From positions 1,017,065 through 1,081,064 of the forward strand of contig CBDCFR010000012.1 in NCBI GenBank assembly GCA_965216355.1: a stretch of DNA of 64,000 nt, in the 5' to 3' direction. The translations under genes were made by a program, and so were the position numbers. Within the stretch, counting starts at the first letter, position 1. Every line of letters starts with the position of its first letter. A model generated the notes under the pieces. It was given only the letters and a program-made list of their open reading frames with translations, had not been told where the DNA came from and made no database searches. Source of the DNA: Acidimicrobiales bacterium (lineage in GTDB: Bacteria > Actinomycetota > Acidimicrobiia > Acidimicrobiales > SZUA-35). Shown in pieces: positions 26,639-35,821 of the stretch.

Positions 26639-28710
26639 TCGGGAATCGGCACTCCCGGTCCAAGGTCTTCCTCGAACATCGGGATGCTGAATTCGCTTTC
26701 TCGATTTACGGGTTTAATCACCGAGGTCCAGACTTCCTCGTCGACAATCCGCAGCTCCTCCACAAACTCAAGCGAGACGTCGAATCCTGCTTCGCTCGAA
26801 ACCGACACCCGTAGTTCCGTGCTCTCGTCGTACCAAGACAGCCAACTGCCGTCTCGATGCACCAACCTCGGAATGTTTCCTGCGGTCTGGATCTTGTCGC
26901 CCATCACGATGTCGCTCAGCGCTACCCGTGCCGGTGGGGTTCCGATCATGCTAAGCCAGACACTGCCCACATCGCTGGTGAAGTGAACCGACGATCCGGC
27001 CAGAACCCCACCTTCCACTGGTTCGTCGTGTACCAGCGTGTAGCCGCTGTCTTTGGATACCTCGAACCCAATCAGAGGGTCCCCCTGGCGCGCCTCGAGA
27101 TGTTCGACGAAACGGACGAGCTCGTCGAAGCTCAACTCCGACGCCTGAACGGAAACATACCAGCCGTCACCGCGAGCCAAAAGCGTCGACGTGCCGTTCG
27201 GGCGATTCAAGCCACAAGACTCCGAGCTCAACGCCGACACCACAGCTTGGGCGCCATCATCACACAACATGAACGGAAAGTTGGTCTCAGAAGGAGCAGC
27301 GAGCACGGTCAGGCCGATCTCCGGCGGTTCATCGGCTGACAGCGCAGCAGGTCGGAACGTCTGAATCCATCTGTCGAGAACAGTGGCGGAGTTGGATCCG
27401 GCACTGATATCGAGAAGGTAGCCTCGCTGTTGTTCCTCACTCCAGAGAGACGGGTCGGTGGCGGTGAGAACCCGCCAATCCGACCCTGGCAGGAGTCGAG
27501 GAAACTTGGGCATGGCCGGTAGTTCGAACATCTCGAGCAGCTCGGTTCGCTCCCAGGTTTCGTCCCATTGCTGCTGATCAACCGCCTCCACCGTGGTGAG
27601 CAAGTCAATCACCGCCTCCGACGGCGCCACGCCCTGCACGGTGCTGACGTAGTCACCATGAACCGACATCGCGTAGATCTGATCACCATCAACGATGAAT
27701 CCAGGTTGATCGTCCGACGTTCTCAGCATCCGCACGACACCCGATGATGCGGCCTCATGCAGCGCCTGGTAGATCTCGGTCGGATCACCTTGGGTGATCG
27801 ACTGCCGAACCTGCTGAACGGTGTCGAGCCCGCCGTCGACCCTCAAGGCATAGCGAATCTCTACCTGTGGACCGCTGGACGGTTGCGTCGACTCTCGTCG
27901 GACCGAGTCGACAAACTCAGCCGACGGCAACACCCAATCGCCGCCGACCAACTGCCAAGCTTCGGCGATCTCCTTGACGTCGGCATCGCCAAGCGTCAGC
28001 TCTGACTGCCCGAGGGCAACAACCCATGACGACATCCGGTTTCCATCGGCCGACCACGAAACATCGGCCGAGTTACCACCAAATCGTGTGACAGGCGCCG
28101 CTGCGGCCGAGCTTACATCGCCGGCCTGGGCCTCGCCGATGTCGACTCTAAGCACCGCCAGCACGTCGTCGCGGCGATAGGCGACGAACTCCAGCGGCGG
28201 CTGCTCGATCGGCGATTCATCGGCGACGACGGAAAGATCCAACCACGACACCTGAACTGGGAGCCAACTGCTTGACTCAGACAGCAGGCGCATTGGTGAA
28301 GGGACCGACCCGGCATCACCATCCGGCGCTCCCTCGATCGGCGCCTGGGTGGTGGCGGGGGCTCTGGAAGAGCGGTCAGGAACGGTTGTGGTTGTGGTGC
28401 TGGTCACCTCGGGATTGTCGGCAATCACATTTGACTGCCGGCGGGACGTCAACATCGCCGTGACACCGAGCACCAAGGCCACGATCACCGCAGCGGCGAG
28501 GATCAACAACCCTCGCCGGGGCCGGTCATCGTCGCCTCGCGCCGTGAGGTCGGCGGAATCCGTGACGTCCTCATGGTGTTGAGGGGACGTCCCGTTGCGC
28601 CGTGGGTCGATCTCCGACCGATGCCGATAATCCGGGTCGAACGTCGTCTGGACAGCCTCACCATAGGCGGCGAGCTGGGCGGTGAGCTCGGAGAAATCGA
28701 GATCAGACAT
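26635..28710 (-). CDS. Membrane-anchored protein with large extracytoplasmic domain; putative anti-sigma factor of the upstream ECF sigma
   Basis: Its start overlaps the sigma gene by 8 nt. It has a short N-terminal cytoplasmic segment, a single TM (LLILAAAVIVALVLGVTAMLTS), a Thr-rich linker and a ~580-aa domain of unknown family. Confidence 0.6.
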   Translation of the reverse strand: MSDLDFSELTAQLAAYGEAVQTTFDPDYRHRSEIDPRRNGTSPQHHEDVTDSADLTARGDDDRPRRGLLILAAAVIVALVLGVTAMLTSRRQSNVIADNPEVTSTTTTTVPDRSSRAPATTQAPIEGAPDGDAGSVPSPMRLLSESSSWLPVQVSWLDLSVVADESPIEQPPLEFVAYRRDDVLAVLRVDIGEAQAGDVSSAAAAPVTRFGGNSADVSWSADGNRMSSWVVALGQSELTLGDADVKEIAEAWQLVGGDWVLPSAEFVDSVRRESTQPSSGPQVEIRYALRVDGGLDTVQQVRQSITQGDPTEIYQALHEAASSGVVRMLRTSDDQPGFIVDGDQIYAMSVHGDYVSTVQGVAPSEAVIDLLTTVEAVDQQQWDETWERTELLEMFELPAMPKFPRLLPGSDWRVLTATDPSLWSEEQQRGYLLDISAGSNSATVLDRWIQTFRPAALSADEPPEIGLTVLAAPSETNFPFMLCDDGAQAVVSALSSESCGLNRPNGTSTLLARGDGWYVSVQASELSFDELVRFVEHLEARQGDPLIGFEVSKDSGYTLVHDEPVEGGVLAGSSVHFTSDVGSVWLSMIGTPPARVALSDIVMGDKIQTAGNIPRLVHRDGSWLSWYDESTELRVSVSSEAGFDVSLEFVEELRIVDEEVWTSVIKPVNRESEFSIPMFEEDLGPGVPIPD

Positions 28711-29161
28711 CTTGTCCCACCTCCAGCTTGTTGCGTAAAGCCGTTAGGGCACGGGTGACATGCGTGCCAACCGTCGACCGGCCGATTCCCAGAGCGGCGG
28801 CCACGTCGGCGTACGGCCAGCCGCAAGCGTGAACCAGCCAGACCGCCGACCGCTGCAACTCCGACAGTTCGAGCAGCGCCGGGATCAGCTTCGGCTCAAC
28901 CTCGGGAATGCCGAGTTCAACGGGGTCCGGAAGATACTTGGGTGGTGGTCGCAAGGCGGAGCGGGTGAGGCCGACCCGGTAGAGGTACCCGACCGGGTTG
29001 CCGAGATTGAGAACCCGATCAGCATTCTCCCACCCCCAGGCCAAGGCCTCGGCAGTCGCCTCATCGGCACCGTCGGTCCCTCTCACCACGACAAAGGCTC
29101 GCCAAAGTCGTGGCCGCGCCTCGGCCAGAAGGGTGGTTATCGAGTCGGCCTCACCGCTCAC
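28703..29161 (-). CDS. ECF-type RNA polymerase sigma factor (short, 152 aa)
   Basis: Region 2-like NPVGYLYRVGLTRS and a region 4 HTH, LSELQRSAVWLVHACGWPYADVAAALGIGRSTVGTHVTRALTALRNKL. Confidence 0.8.
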   Translation of the reverse strand: MSGEADSITTLLAEARPRLWRAFVVVRGTDGADEATAEALAWGWENADRVLNLGNPVGYLYRVGLTRSALRPPPKYLPDPVELGIPEVEPKLIPALLELSELQRSAVWLVHACGWPYADVAAALGIGRSTVGTHVTRALTALRNKLEVGQDV

Positions 29162-29240
29162 ATCCCTTTAGACGGTGGAACACCGGTTTCGCGCTACATA
29201 GATCGGAGGAAAACTTTGCCAGGTCGAAATCAGGTCTAGA

Positions 29241-32200
29241 TCAGCATGGCAGCCGGACCACCTCGGTGCGGCGGGCCGGGGTGCGGGGGCCGGGGAGGAT
29301 GACGCCGGTGAGGTTGAGTGGGTCGGAGCCGGTGACTTCGACGTATCCCTTTCCGCCGGAGGCCTTCGATGCTCTGGTGCGGGTGATCTTGATCGCTTCG
29401 GCCGCTTCGGGGAGGACGAACTGTTCGCCACTGAAGCCGTTGACAAACCGACCGCCCTTCACCAGACCCCGATCTTCGAACCGACGCAGCGCCCACTGCA
29501 GATCACGCCAAGGCACAGCGAGCCCACCACGGGTGTTTTCGTAGGCCACAAGGTCGTAGAACAACACGCCCCATCGCTGGAGAAGCTGGTCGGCCAGAGC
29601 TTCGACCATGTCGTCGCGCTCGGCCGGATCGAGGTTGGTGGCCGGCGGAACGAGTGACCACCGACCGGCCCCCGACGCCCGACCTCCGCCCTGCCTAAGC
29701 CGTGAAAGAGAACGCATCCGCCGAGCCTCACGCCGCTGTTCCGCCGGCGGGGCCATCAGTGTGCGCACCGCCTCAAAACCGTCGGCCGTGAACAGCCCGA
29801 GCGCCACCCCCTCCCACAGCGCACCTTCGATGTCGGACGCCAGGCGCCCGGTATCAGCGGTCAACTCGGTGAGGAATCGGGGGCCGTGTTCGGTGAGCAC
29901 CTCGGCGATCTCGGCCACCGCTCCCATGGCCGGTGTGGCGGCCGTAGTCGACCCTCGATGGGCGGCCAGCAGCCATGGCAAGTCGTCGCGGAACAGCAGG
30001 CTGATCGGCGTGACCTTCGACAGTGATCCGCGACCGGATCCCGACCGGCCACGAGCGTTGCCGTCTTCTCGAATCACTCTGGGGCTTAGCCGCAGCCATT
30101 GCAGGTGGCCGTCGTGGCAAAGCTGATCGATCCACGGCCGCTGGTAACCCTTGATCCGAGTGGACAGAATCTCGGGTTCCCACGACGCAGCCGCCGCCTC
30201 CCAACCCTGTAGCTGGCCGAGCACCTTCTGCAACCCGGCGGGGCCGACGGCTTGGGTGCCGGGAGCAACGTGTTGCCAACGGGTGAGGAACTTGATGAAC
30301 AGCTCGGGACTGATCGGCTCGACCGCCCGCCGTCGGGTCTTGCGGGACCGGGCATGCATCCGGGCCAGCAGGCGGCGGGAACACCACTCAACGGGTGAGG
30401 ATGTGCCCGCCACCTGCTCTGCTGTTTGGTTTGTTCGTATGGCATTGGGTTTGGTGAACGAACCTTGGATGGCCGAGCCTTCAGCTTCCAGAGCGAGCAG
30501 CCCCACTGTGAGGAGCGTTTCGCTCAGTCCGGTGATGGATTCCAGCTGTGAAACCGTGACCGGAGAGTGCAGCTCCAGATAGCCCCGCAGCATCGTAGTT
30601 GCCACGTGCTCCGGGAACGTGTCTTTGCTCGCAATCCCTGTCAGCAACACCTCGACGTCGGCTGCCGCCTCGGCGGCATGCCATTGCTCGAACTCATCGA
30701 TTCGACGAACAGCTCTCCCCCGCTTGATCAGGTCCTCCATCAGCGACCCCCATCGAGCCCGTTCATCGTTACCGACCCGCAACAGCACCACATCTCGGAG
30801 CAGATCGTGCAGCTCATCGGCGGTGCGAGGATTGGGAGCCAGTTCGGCTCGTACTTCGGCAATCGCCTCAGGTACCAGGGTGGCGATGTCGGCGGGGTTG
30901 ACGGGCAGCCCCCGGCGCAACGGCGCAGCGTGAGTGCGACGCTCGGGCAGTTCACCGTCGTCGAGGAACGCATAGGGGCGGGCGGTGAGAATCTCGTGGG
31001 CGAGCATCGACGGTTCGGTGGTGTCGACACAGTGCATGGTCACGTCACCCCGCCCCAGCGCTGCCCACAGCTCGATCAGGCCGTCGACGTCCATCCCCTC
31101 GGTCAACGTGTCGTGAACGGTTTGCCGCACCAGCGGGTGGTTGGGTATCTCGGCCGGGCCGCTGACGTTCTCCTGGCAGGCGGCGGCATCGGGAAACAGG
31201 GCCGCCAGCAGATCGTCGGACTCCATGCGCTGAATCGGCGGCGGGTTTCGTTTGCCGTTGCGCATTCGGAGCACGATCAACGCCCGGTTGAGATTCCATC
31301 GCCACCGTGACTGGAACGCCGGTTGATCGAGCACTGCCTGGCTCAGCGTCTCCTTGATGATGTCGGGCTTGAGAAAATGCTGCACGTCGGTGAGCGGAAA
31401 CGAGTGGTGGGGCCCAAGGGAGATGACCACCGCATCATCGGAGGCCGCGGCCTGCAGCTCAAAGTTGAACCCCACACAGAACTTCTTGCGCAGCGCATAG
31501 CCCATGGCTCGGTTGATTCGCCCGCCGAGCGGTGAGTGGATCACGAGCTGCATCCCGTCGGCGTCGTCGAAGAAACGCTCCATCACCAGGTTGGTACCGG
31601 TGGGGATGAGCCCAAGGGCCGAGCGGGCGGTGGCGAGGTAGGCCACGATCAGTGCGGCGGCATCTCGGGGAATGCCCGACTCGGCAATCAACCAGTCGAC
31701 CGCTCCGGTGGCCTGATCATCGGCGAGCATCTGATCGACCGAACCCCGCAGCCTTGACACCTCCGCCGACAACTCAGCGGTGCGGGCCGGGGCCTCTCCC
31801 GTCCAGAACGGCACCGTCGGCGGGGCGTCACCAGCGTCTAGTACCCGAACCTGGCCACCCGTAACCTGACGGATCTTCCACGAGTGGGTGCCGAGCAGGA
31901 AGATGTCGCCGGCCATCGATTCCATGGCCCAGTCTTCGTTGACGGTGCCGATGAATAACTCGTCAGGTTCGGCAATCACCCGCATGTCGTAGATGTCGGG
32001 GATGGCGCCGCCGGAGCTGAGGGCCACGTAGCGGGCACCACGACGGCCTCGAAGCTCGGCGTTGACCTCATCGTGATGCACCCAGGCCGCTCGGCGGCCG
32101 CGACCAGTCATCACGCCTTCGCTCACCAGTTTGATGACCTCGTCGAAGGTCTCCCGATCGACATCGGCGAATGGTGACGCTCGGCGCACCAAATCGAAGA

Positions 32201-33641
32201 GCCCGTCGACCTTCCACTCCTCGGCTCCGGTTTCGGCCACGATCTGTTGGGCCAAGATGTCGAGCGGCGCCACCGGCGGATGGAGCACGTCGAGCCTTCC
32301 GGCCCGTACCGCCATCATCAACGCCGTGCATTCGATCAGCTCATCCCGAGTGAGCGGATAGAGACGACCACGGGGGGTGCCGTGGCGAGTGTGATTCGAC
32401 CGCCCCACCCGCTGCAGAAACGTGGCGATCGAGCGGGGTGACCCGATTTGGCAGACCAGCTCCACCGGCCCGACGTCGATCCCCAACTCCAACGACGCCG
32501 TGGCCACCAACGCCTTCAGCTCACCGGCCCGAAGCTTCCGCTCCACCCGATGACGGCGATCCTTCGACAGACTTCCATGGTGGGCGGCCACCAGATCCTG
32601 GGGGTCGACGTCGGCTTCCCCCTCGGTTTCGGCTCGCTCGGCCAACAGCTCACCAAGCTGATGGGCCAGGCGCTCGGCCAATCGACGAGTGTTCACAAAC
32701 ACCAGGGTGGTGCGATGTTCGGCCACGAGATCAGCGATCTGTTCGAGCACGTCGTCCATCTGGGCGTGGGAGGCGACGGCTTCGAGCTCGATGTCGGGTA
32801 GCTCAATCTGGAGATCGAGGGCACGCTGATGGCCGGTGTCGACCACCGAACAGTTGATGGCCCCATCCTCGGAAACGCGGGTGCCGACAAGTAGCCGAGC
32901 CACGGTCTCTATCGGACGCTGCGTGGCCGATAGCCCCACCCGAACCGGCGGACGGCGACAGACGTGGGCCAAGCGCTCCATGGTGAGTGCCAGGTGGGAG
33001 CCGCGTTTGTCGCGGGCCATGGCGTGGATCTCATCGACGATGATCGTGTCGACCGTGCGCAACGTCTCCCGGCTCTTCCCGGCCGTCACCAATAGATACA
33101 GCGACTCGGGCGTGGTGATCACAAACGTGCGAGGTTTGCGCACCATCGACTGCCGTTCGCTCTGCGGAGTGTCGCCGGTGCGCACCCCCATCGTGATTTC
33201 GGGCGCCGACAATCCCATCCGCTTCGCCACCTCGGCGATCTCGACCAGGGGACGTTCGAGATTCTCGGCGATGTCGACCGCCAGCGCCTTGAGCGGCGAA
33301 ACATACACCACCTGGGTGCCGTCGACCGGCAGACCGGAAGCGTGCTGAAGGTAGAGCCGGTTAATGCTCATCAAGAACCCGGCGAGGGTCTTACCCGAAC
33401 CGGTGGGGGCGGCAATCAGCGTGTGACGCCGAGCTGCGATGTGGGGCCAACCCTCGATCTGCGGAGGTGTTGGGCCAGACTCAAACCGCTCCTCAAACCA
33501 ACGGGCAACCGCCGGGTGGAAATCAACTCCCGGCACCAGATCGCTGCGGACGCCAACCGAGCGATCGACCGTCTCGACAAACCCGTGATCGAGCGCGCCA
33601 AAACTCAGCTGCTCAAGTGGGGAAGGCTCAAGGAGGGCCAC
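29241..33641 (-). CDS. lhr: Lhr-type large ATP-dependent DNA/RNA helicase
   Basis: 1466 aa. Motif I APTGSGKTL, motif II VDEIH, and later helicase motifs (VATASLELGID, QRVGRSNH). The long C-terminal extension is typical of Lhr. Confidence 0.9.
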   Translation of the reverse strand: MALLEPSPLEQLSFGALDHGFVETVDRSVGVRSDLVPGVDFHPAVARWFEERFESGPTPPQIEGWPHIAARRHTLIAAPTGSGKTLAGFLMSINRLYLQHASGLPVDGTQVVYVSPLKALAVDIAENLERPLVEIAEVAKRMGLSAPEITMGVRTGDTPQSERQSMVRKPRTFVITTPESLYLLVTAGKSRETLRTVDTIIVDEIHAMARDKRGSHLALTMERLAHVCRRPPVRVGLSATQRPIETVARLLVGTRVSEDGAINCSVVDTGHQRALDLQIELPDIELEAVASHAQMDDVLEQIADLVAEHRTTLVFVNTRRLAERLAHQLGELLAERAETEGEADVDPQDLVAAHHGSLSKDRRHRVERKLRAGELKALVATASLELGIDVGPVELVCQIGSPRSIATFLQRVGRSNHTRHGTPRGRLYPLTRDELIECTALMMAVRAGRLDVLHPPVAPLDILAQQIVAETGAEEWKVDGLFDLVRRASPFADVDRETFDEVIKLVSEGVMTGRGRRAAWVHHDEVNAELRGRRGARYVALSSGGAIPDIYDMRVIAEPDELFIGTVNEDWAMESMAGDIFLLGTHSWKIRQVTGGQVRVLDAGDAPPTVPFWTGEAPARTAELSAEVSRLRGSVDQMLADDQATGAVDWLIAESGIPRDAAALIVAYLATARSALGLIPTGTNLVMERFFDDADGMQLVIHSPLGGRINRAMGYALRKKFCVGFNFELQAAASDDAVVISLGPHHSFPLTDVQHFLKPDIIKETLSQAVLDQPAFQSRWRWNLNRALIVLRMRNGKRNPPPIQRMESDDLLAALFPDAAACQENVSGPAEIPNHPLVRQTVHDTLTEGMDVDGLIELWAALGRGDVTMHCVDTTEPSMLAHEILTARPYAFLDDGELPERRTHAAPLRRGLPVNPADIATLVPEAIAEVRAELAPNPRTADELHDLLRDVVLLRVGNDERARWGSLMEDLIKRGRAVRRIDEFEQWHAAEAAADVEVLLTGIASKDTFPEHVATTMLRGYLELHSPVTVSQLESITGLSETLLTVGLLALEAEGSAIQGSFTKPNAIRTNQTAEQVAGTSSPVEWCSRRLLARMHARSRKTRRRAVEPISPELFIKFLTRWQHVAPGTQAVGPAGLQKVLGQLQGWEAAAASWEPEILSTRIKGYQRPWIDQLCHDGHLQWLRLSPRVIREDGNARGRSGSGRGSLSKVTPISLLFRDDLPWLLAAHRGSTTAATPAMGAVAEIAEVLTEHGPRFLTELTADTGRLASDIEGALWEGVALGLFTADGFEAVRTLMAPPAEQRREARRMRSLSRLRQGGGRASGAGRWSLVPPATNLDPAERDDMVEALADQLLQRWGVLFYDLVAYENTRGGLAVPWRDLQWALRRFEDRGLVKGGRFVNGFSGEQFVLPEAAEAIKITRTRASKASGGKGYVEVTGSDPLNLTGVILPGPRTPARRTEVVRLPC

Positions 33642-33738
33642 AGTCGGACACTACCGACAGTGTGTGACAACCAGGGCCGCAGGGCTCGTGGTCGGAGGCA
33701 GGGACGAAGTCTCTGCCCTTGACAGATTCGTCCCCCGC

Positions 33739-33770
33739 CGAATATATTCACTTTGCAGCGAATATATTCG
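33739..33770. promoter_or_regulatory. Twin palindromic operator candidate: cGAATATATTCa (33739-33750) and CGAATATATTCG (33759-33770), centres 20 bp apart
   Basis: Read directly from the sequence: gccgaatatattcactttgcagcgaatatattcgtgg. The sites lie 41-72 bp upstream of ATG 33811 of the sugar ABC operon, in an AT-rich island. Each site contains a TATATT -10-like hexamer. Confidence 0.6.
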
Positions 33771-33810
33771 TGGTTACACGAAATAAAGTTCCGTGAATCC
33801 AAGGGGGAGA

Positions 33811-34896
33811 ATGGAGAGCAACTCGGTAAGAGCAGGATGGCGGTCAGGCGGCGCGGGCTGGCCCTTTATCGCGCCGTTCATGATCATCTACCTGCTCTTC
33901 GTTCTGTATCCGGTGGTACAGGCGATTCAGATGGGCTTCTACAAACGTGACCTTCTCACACTCGATCGTCGTGAATGGGCCGGTTTGGACAACTACCGCG
34001 AGATGTTCTGGGGCGACGGCCTCGTCTGGGAGGCCACCACGATGTGGCCGTGGAGGCTGGCGGGTCTCGCCACCATTGGTTTTGCTGTGCGGGCCTGGCA
34101 GCAGCGGCGACTCTCCACGTTAAGCACCATCGCTTGGATCGTGGGTTCAACTGCAATCTTCGCCGTTGCTATGGGCATCCACCCCGGACAGTCCGGGCGC
34201 TGGAGTGATTCGCAGTTCTGGCCGTCTTTCGGCAACACGTTGATCTTCGTGGTGCTGTCAACACCGGTGATAGTCGGTGTCGGGCTGGCCTTGGCGTTGG
34301 CCCTGAATCGATCAGGTCGGTTCGTCGGTGTGCTACGGACGATGTTCTTTGCGCCCTACGTACTCTCGGTGAGCGTACTGACGTTGATCTGGGCCTTCCT
34401 CCTGAACCCGCAACTCGGCCTTATCGGCGAATTCTGGGAAAAGCTCGGGCTGGATCGGGTGAGCTGGTTGACCGACCCCAACCTGGCGATGCCGACGATC
34501 GTTGCCGTCACACTGTGGTGGACGGTCGGCTTCAACATCGTGCTGTTCCTGGCCGGCCTTCAGGACATAGACCGATCGATGTACGAGGCTGCAGCGCTCG
34601 ACGGAGCCAACAGTCGTCAGGTCTTCTGGCACATAACCGTTCCGGGTTTGAGACGCACGATGCTCCTGATCACCGTCCTGCAAATCATTGCCTCGTTCCA
34701 GATTTTCGGTCAAGTCTTCATTCTCACAAGGGGCGGTCCAAACGGAGCGACGCGGGTCTCGATCCAACACATCTATGAGGCCGCGTTTCGTGACGCCGAA
34801 CTCGGCTACGCCTCGGCCATGTCGGTCTTTCTGTTCGTCGTGATGGTTCTGGTCTCGGCCCTTCAATTCAAGTTCATGGGGGCGGACAACTCATGA
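33811..34896 (+). CDS. Carbohydrate ABC transporter permease (MalF/UgpA-like) with enlarged extracytoplasmic loop
   Basis: EAA loop YEAAALDGANSRQVFWHITVPGLR and multiple TM segments. ATG 33811 is preceded by AAGGGGGAGA; the ORF opens at GTG 33793. Confidence 0.9.
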   Translation: MESNSVRAGWRSGGAGWPFIAPFMIIYLLFVLYPVVQAIQMGFYKRDLLTLDRREWAGLDNYREMFWGDGLVWEATTMWPWRLAGLATIGFAVRAWQQRRLSTLSTIAWIVGSTAIFAVAMGIHPGQSGRWSDSQFWPSFGNTLIFVVLSTPVIVGVGLALALALNRSGRFVGVLRTMFFAPYVLSVSVLTLIWAFLLNPQLGLIGEFWEKLGLDRVSWLTDPNLAMPTIVAVTLWWTVGFNIVLFLAGLQDIDRSMYEAAALDGANSRQVFWHITVPGLRRTMLLITVLQIIASFQIFGQVFILTRGGPNGATRVSIQHIYEAAFRDAELGYASAMSVFLFVVMVLVSALQFKFMGADNS

Positions 34897-35732
34897 CGAT
34901 CGCGAGCAACCGCAAGCTGGCAACCCGTATCGGTCATGGTGTTCTGGCCGCTCTGGCCGCGGTGTGGATTATTCCGCTGGTTTGGATGTTCTCGCTGTCG
35001 CTCAGTAACAACGAGGCTCTAACGAGAACGACCACGAGCCTCGCACCTGTCGACACCACCACCGACAACTTCGTCACCCTTCTTCAGAGCGGGCGGACTC
35101 CCGGGTGGCTGATGAACAGTGTGGTGGTCACCGTCGCCACCACGCTCCTGACCCTGGTTCTGGCTTCGATGGCAGGCTACGCGTTCGCTCGGATTCCCTT
35201 TCGCGGGAAGCGGGTTGCCTACCCGTTAGTACTAGCCGGGCTCATGGTGCCGAAGGAGGCGATGTTCATACCGCTATTCCTCATCTTCGCCGACGTGGAT
35301 CAGCACAACACCTATCAGGCATTGGTGTTGCCCCGCATTGCCGCTCCGCTGGGCGTTTTCATCATGACCCAGTTCTTCTCTGAAATCCCGGCTGAGCTGG
35401 AGGAGGCAGCCGTTATCGACGGCGCCTCCCGATGGACGATCTTTCGCCGAATCATGTTGCCGATGTCGGTACCGGCACTCACCGCCTTGGGCATCTTCAC
35501 GTTCGTGCAGACGTGGAACGACTTCCTGTGGCCCCTGGTATCGGCCACAGATCCCGACATGTTCACCATCACTACGGGTTTGGCATCGCGGCAAGGAAAC
35601 TTCGCTCAGGCGAGCGCCCTCGGAGACCTCATGGCGCAGGGTGTGTTCGCCAGTGCGCCCCTGCTCGTCCTGTTCTTCATCTTCCAACGCCAGGTCATTC
35701 GCGGCATCTCGATGGGAAGCGGCAACAAGTAA
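34893..35732 (+). CDS. Carbohydrate ABC transporter permease (MalG/UgpE-like)
   Basis: EAA loop EEAAVIDGASRWTIFRRIMLPMSVPAL. ATGA start/stop overlap with the previous permease gene. Confidence 0.9.
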   Translation: MTIASNRKLATRIGHGVLAALAAVWIIPLVWMFSLSLSNNEALTRTTTSLAPVDTTTDNFVTLLQSGRTPGWLMNSVVVTVATTLLTLVLASMAGYAFARIPFRGKRVAYPLVLAGLMVPKEAMFIPLFLIFADVDQHNTYQALVLPRIAAPLGVFIMTQFFSEIPAELEEAAVIDGASRWTIFRRIMLPMSVPALTALGIFTFVQTWNDFLWPLVSATDPDMFTITTGLASRQGNFAQASALGDLMAQGVFASAPLLVLFFIFQRQVIRGISMGSGNK

Positions 35733-35821
35733 CGAAAGGTCGCCGTTTCGGCCGACCGCAGATCCGTCCTCATATCAACCAACTACTCCTGAAACCGGTT
35801 CCTGGGAGGGACCTACCAACT

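Noticed and set aside
33700-33734. Hairpin gggacgaa-(19 nt)-ttcgtccc as a transcription terminator
   Set aside because: Both flanking genes (lhr on the minus strand, the ABC permease on the plus strand) are transcribed away from it, so there is nothing to terminate. It is kept only as possible regulatory structure under the operator finding.
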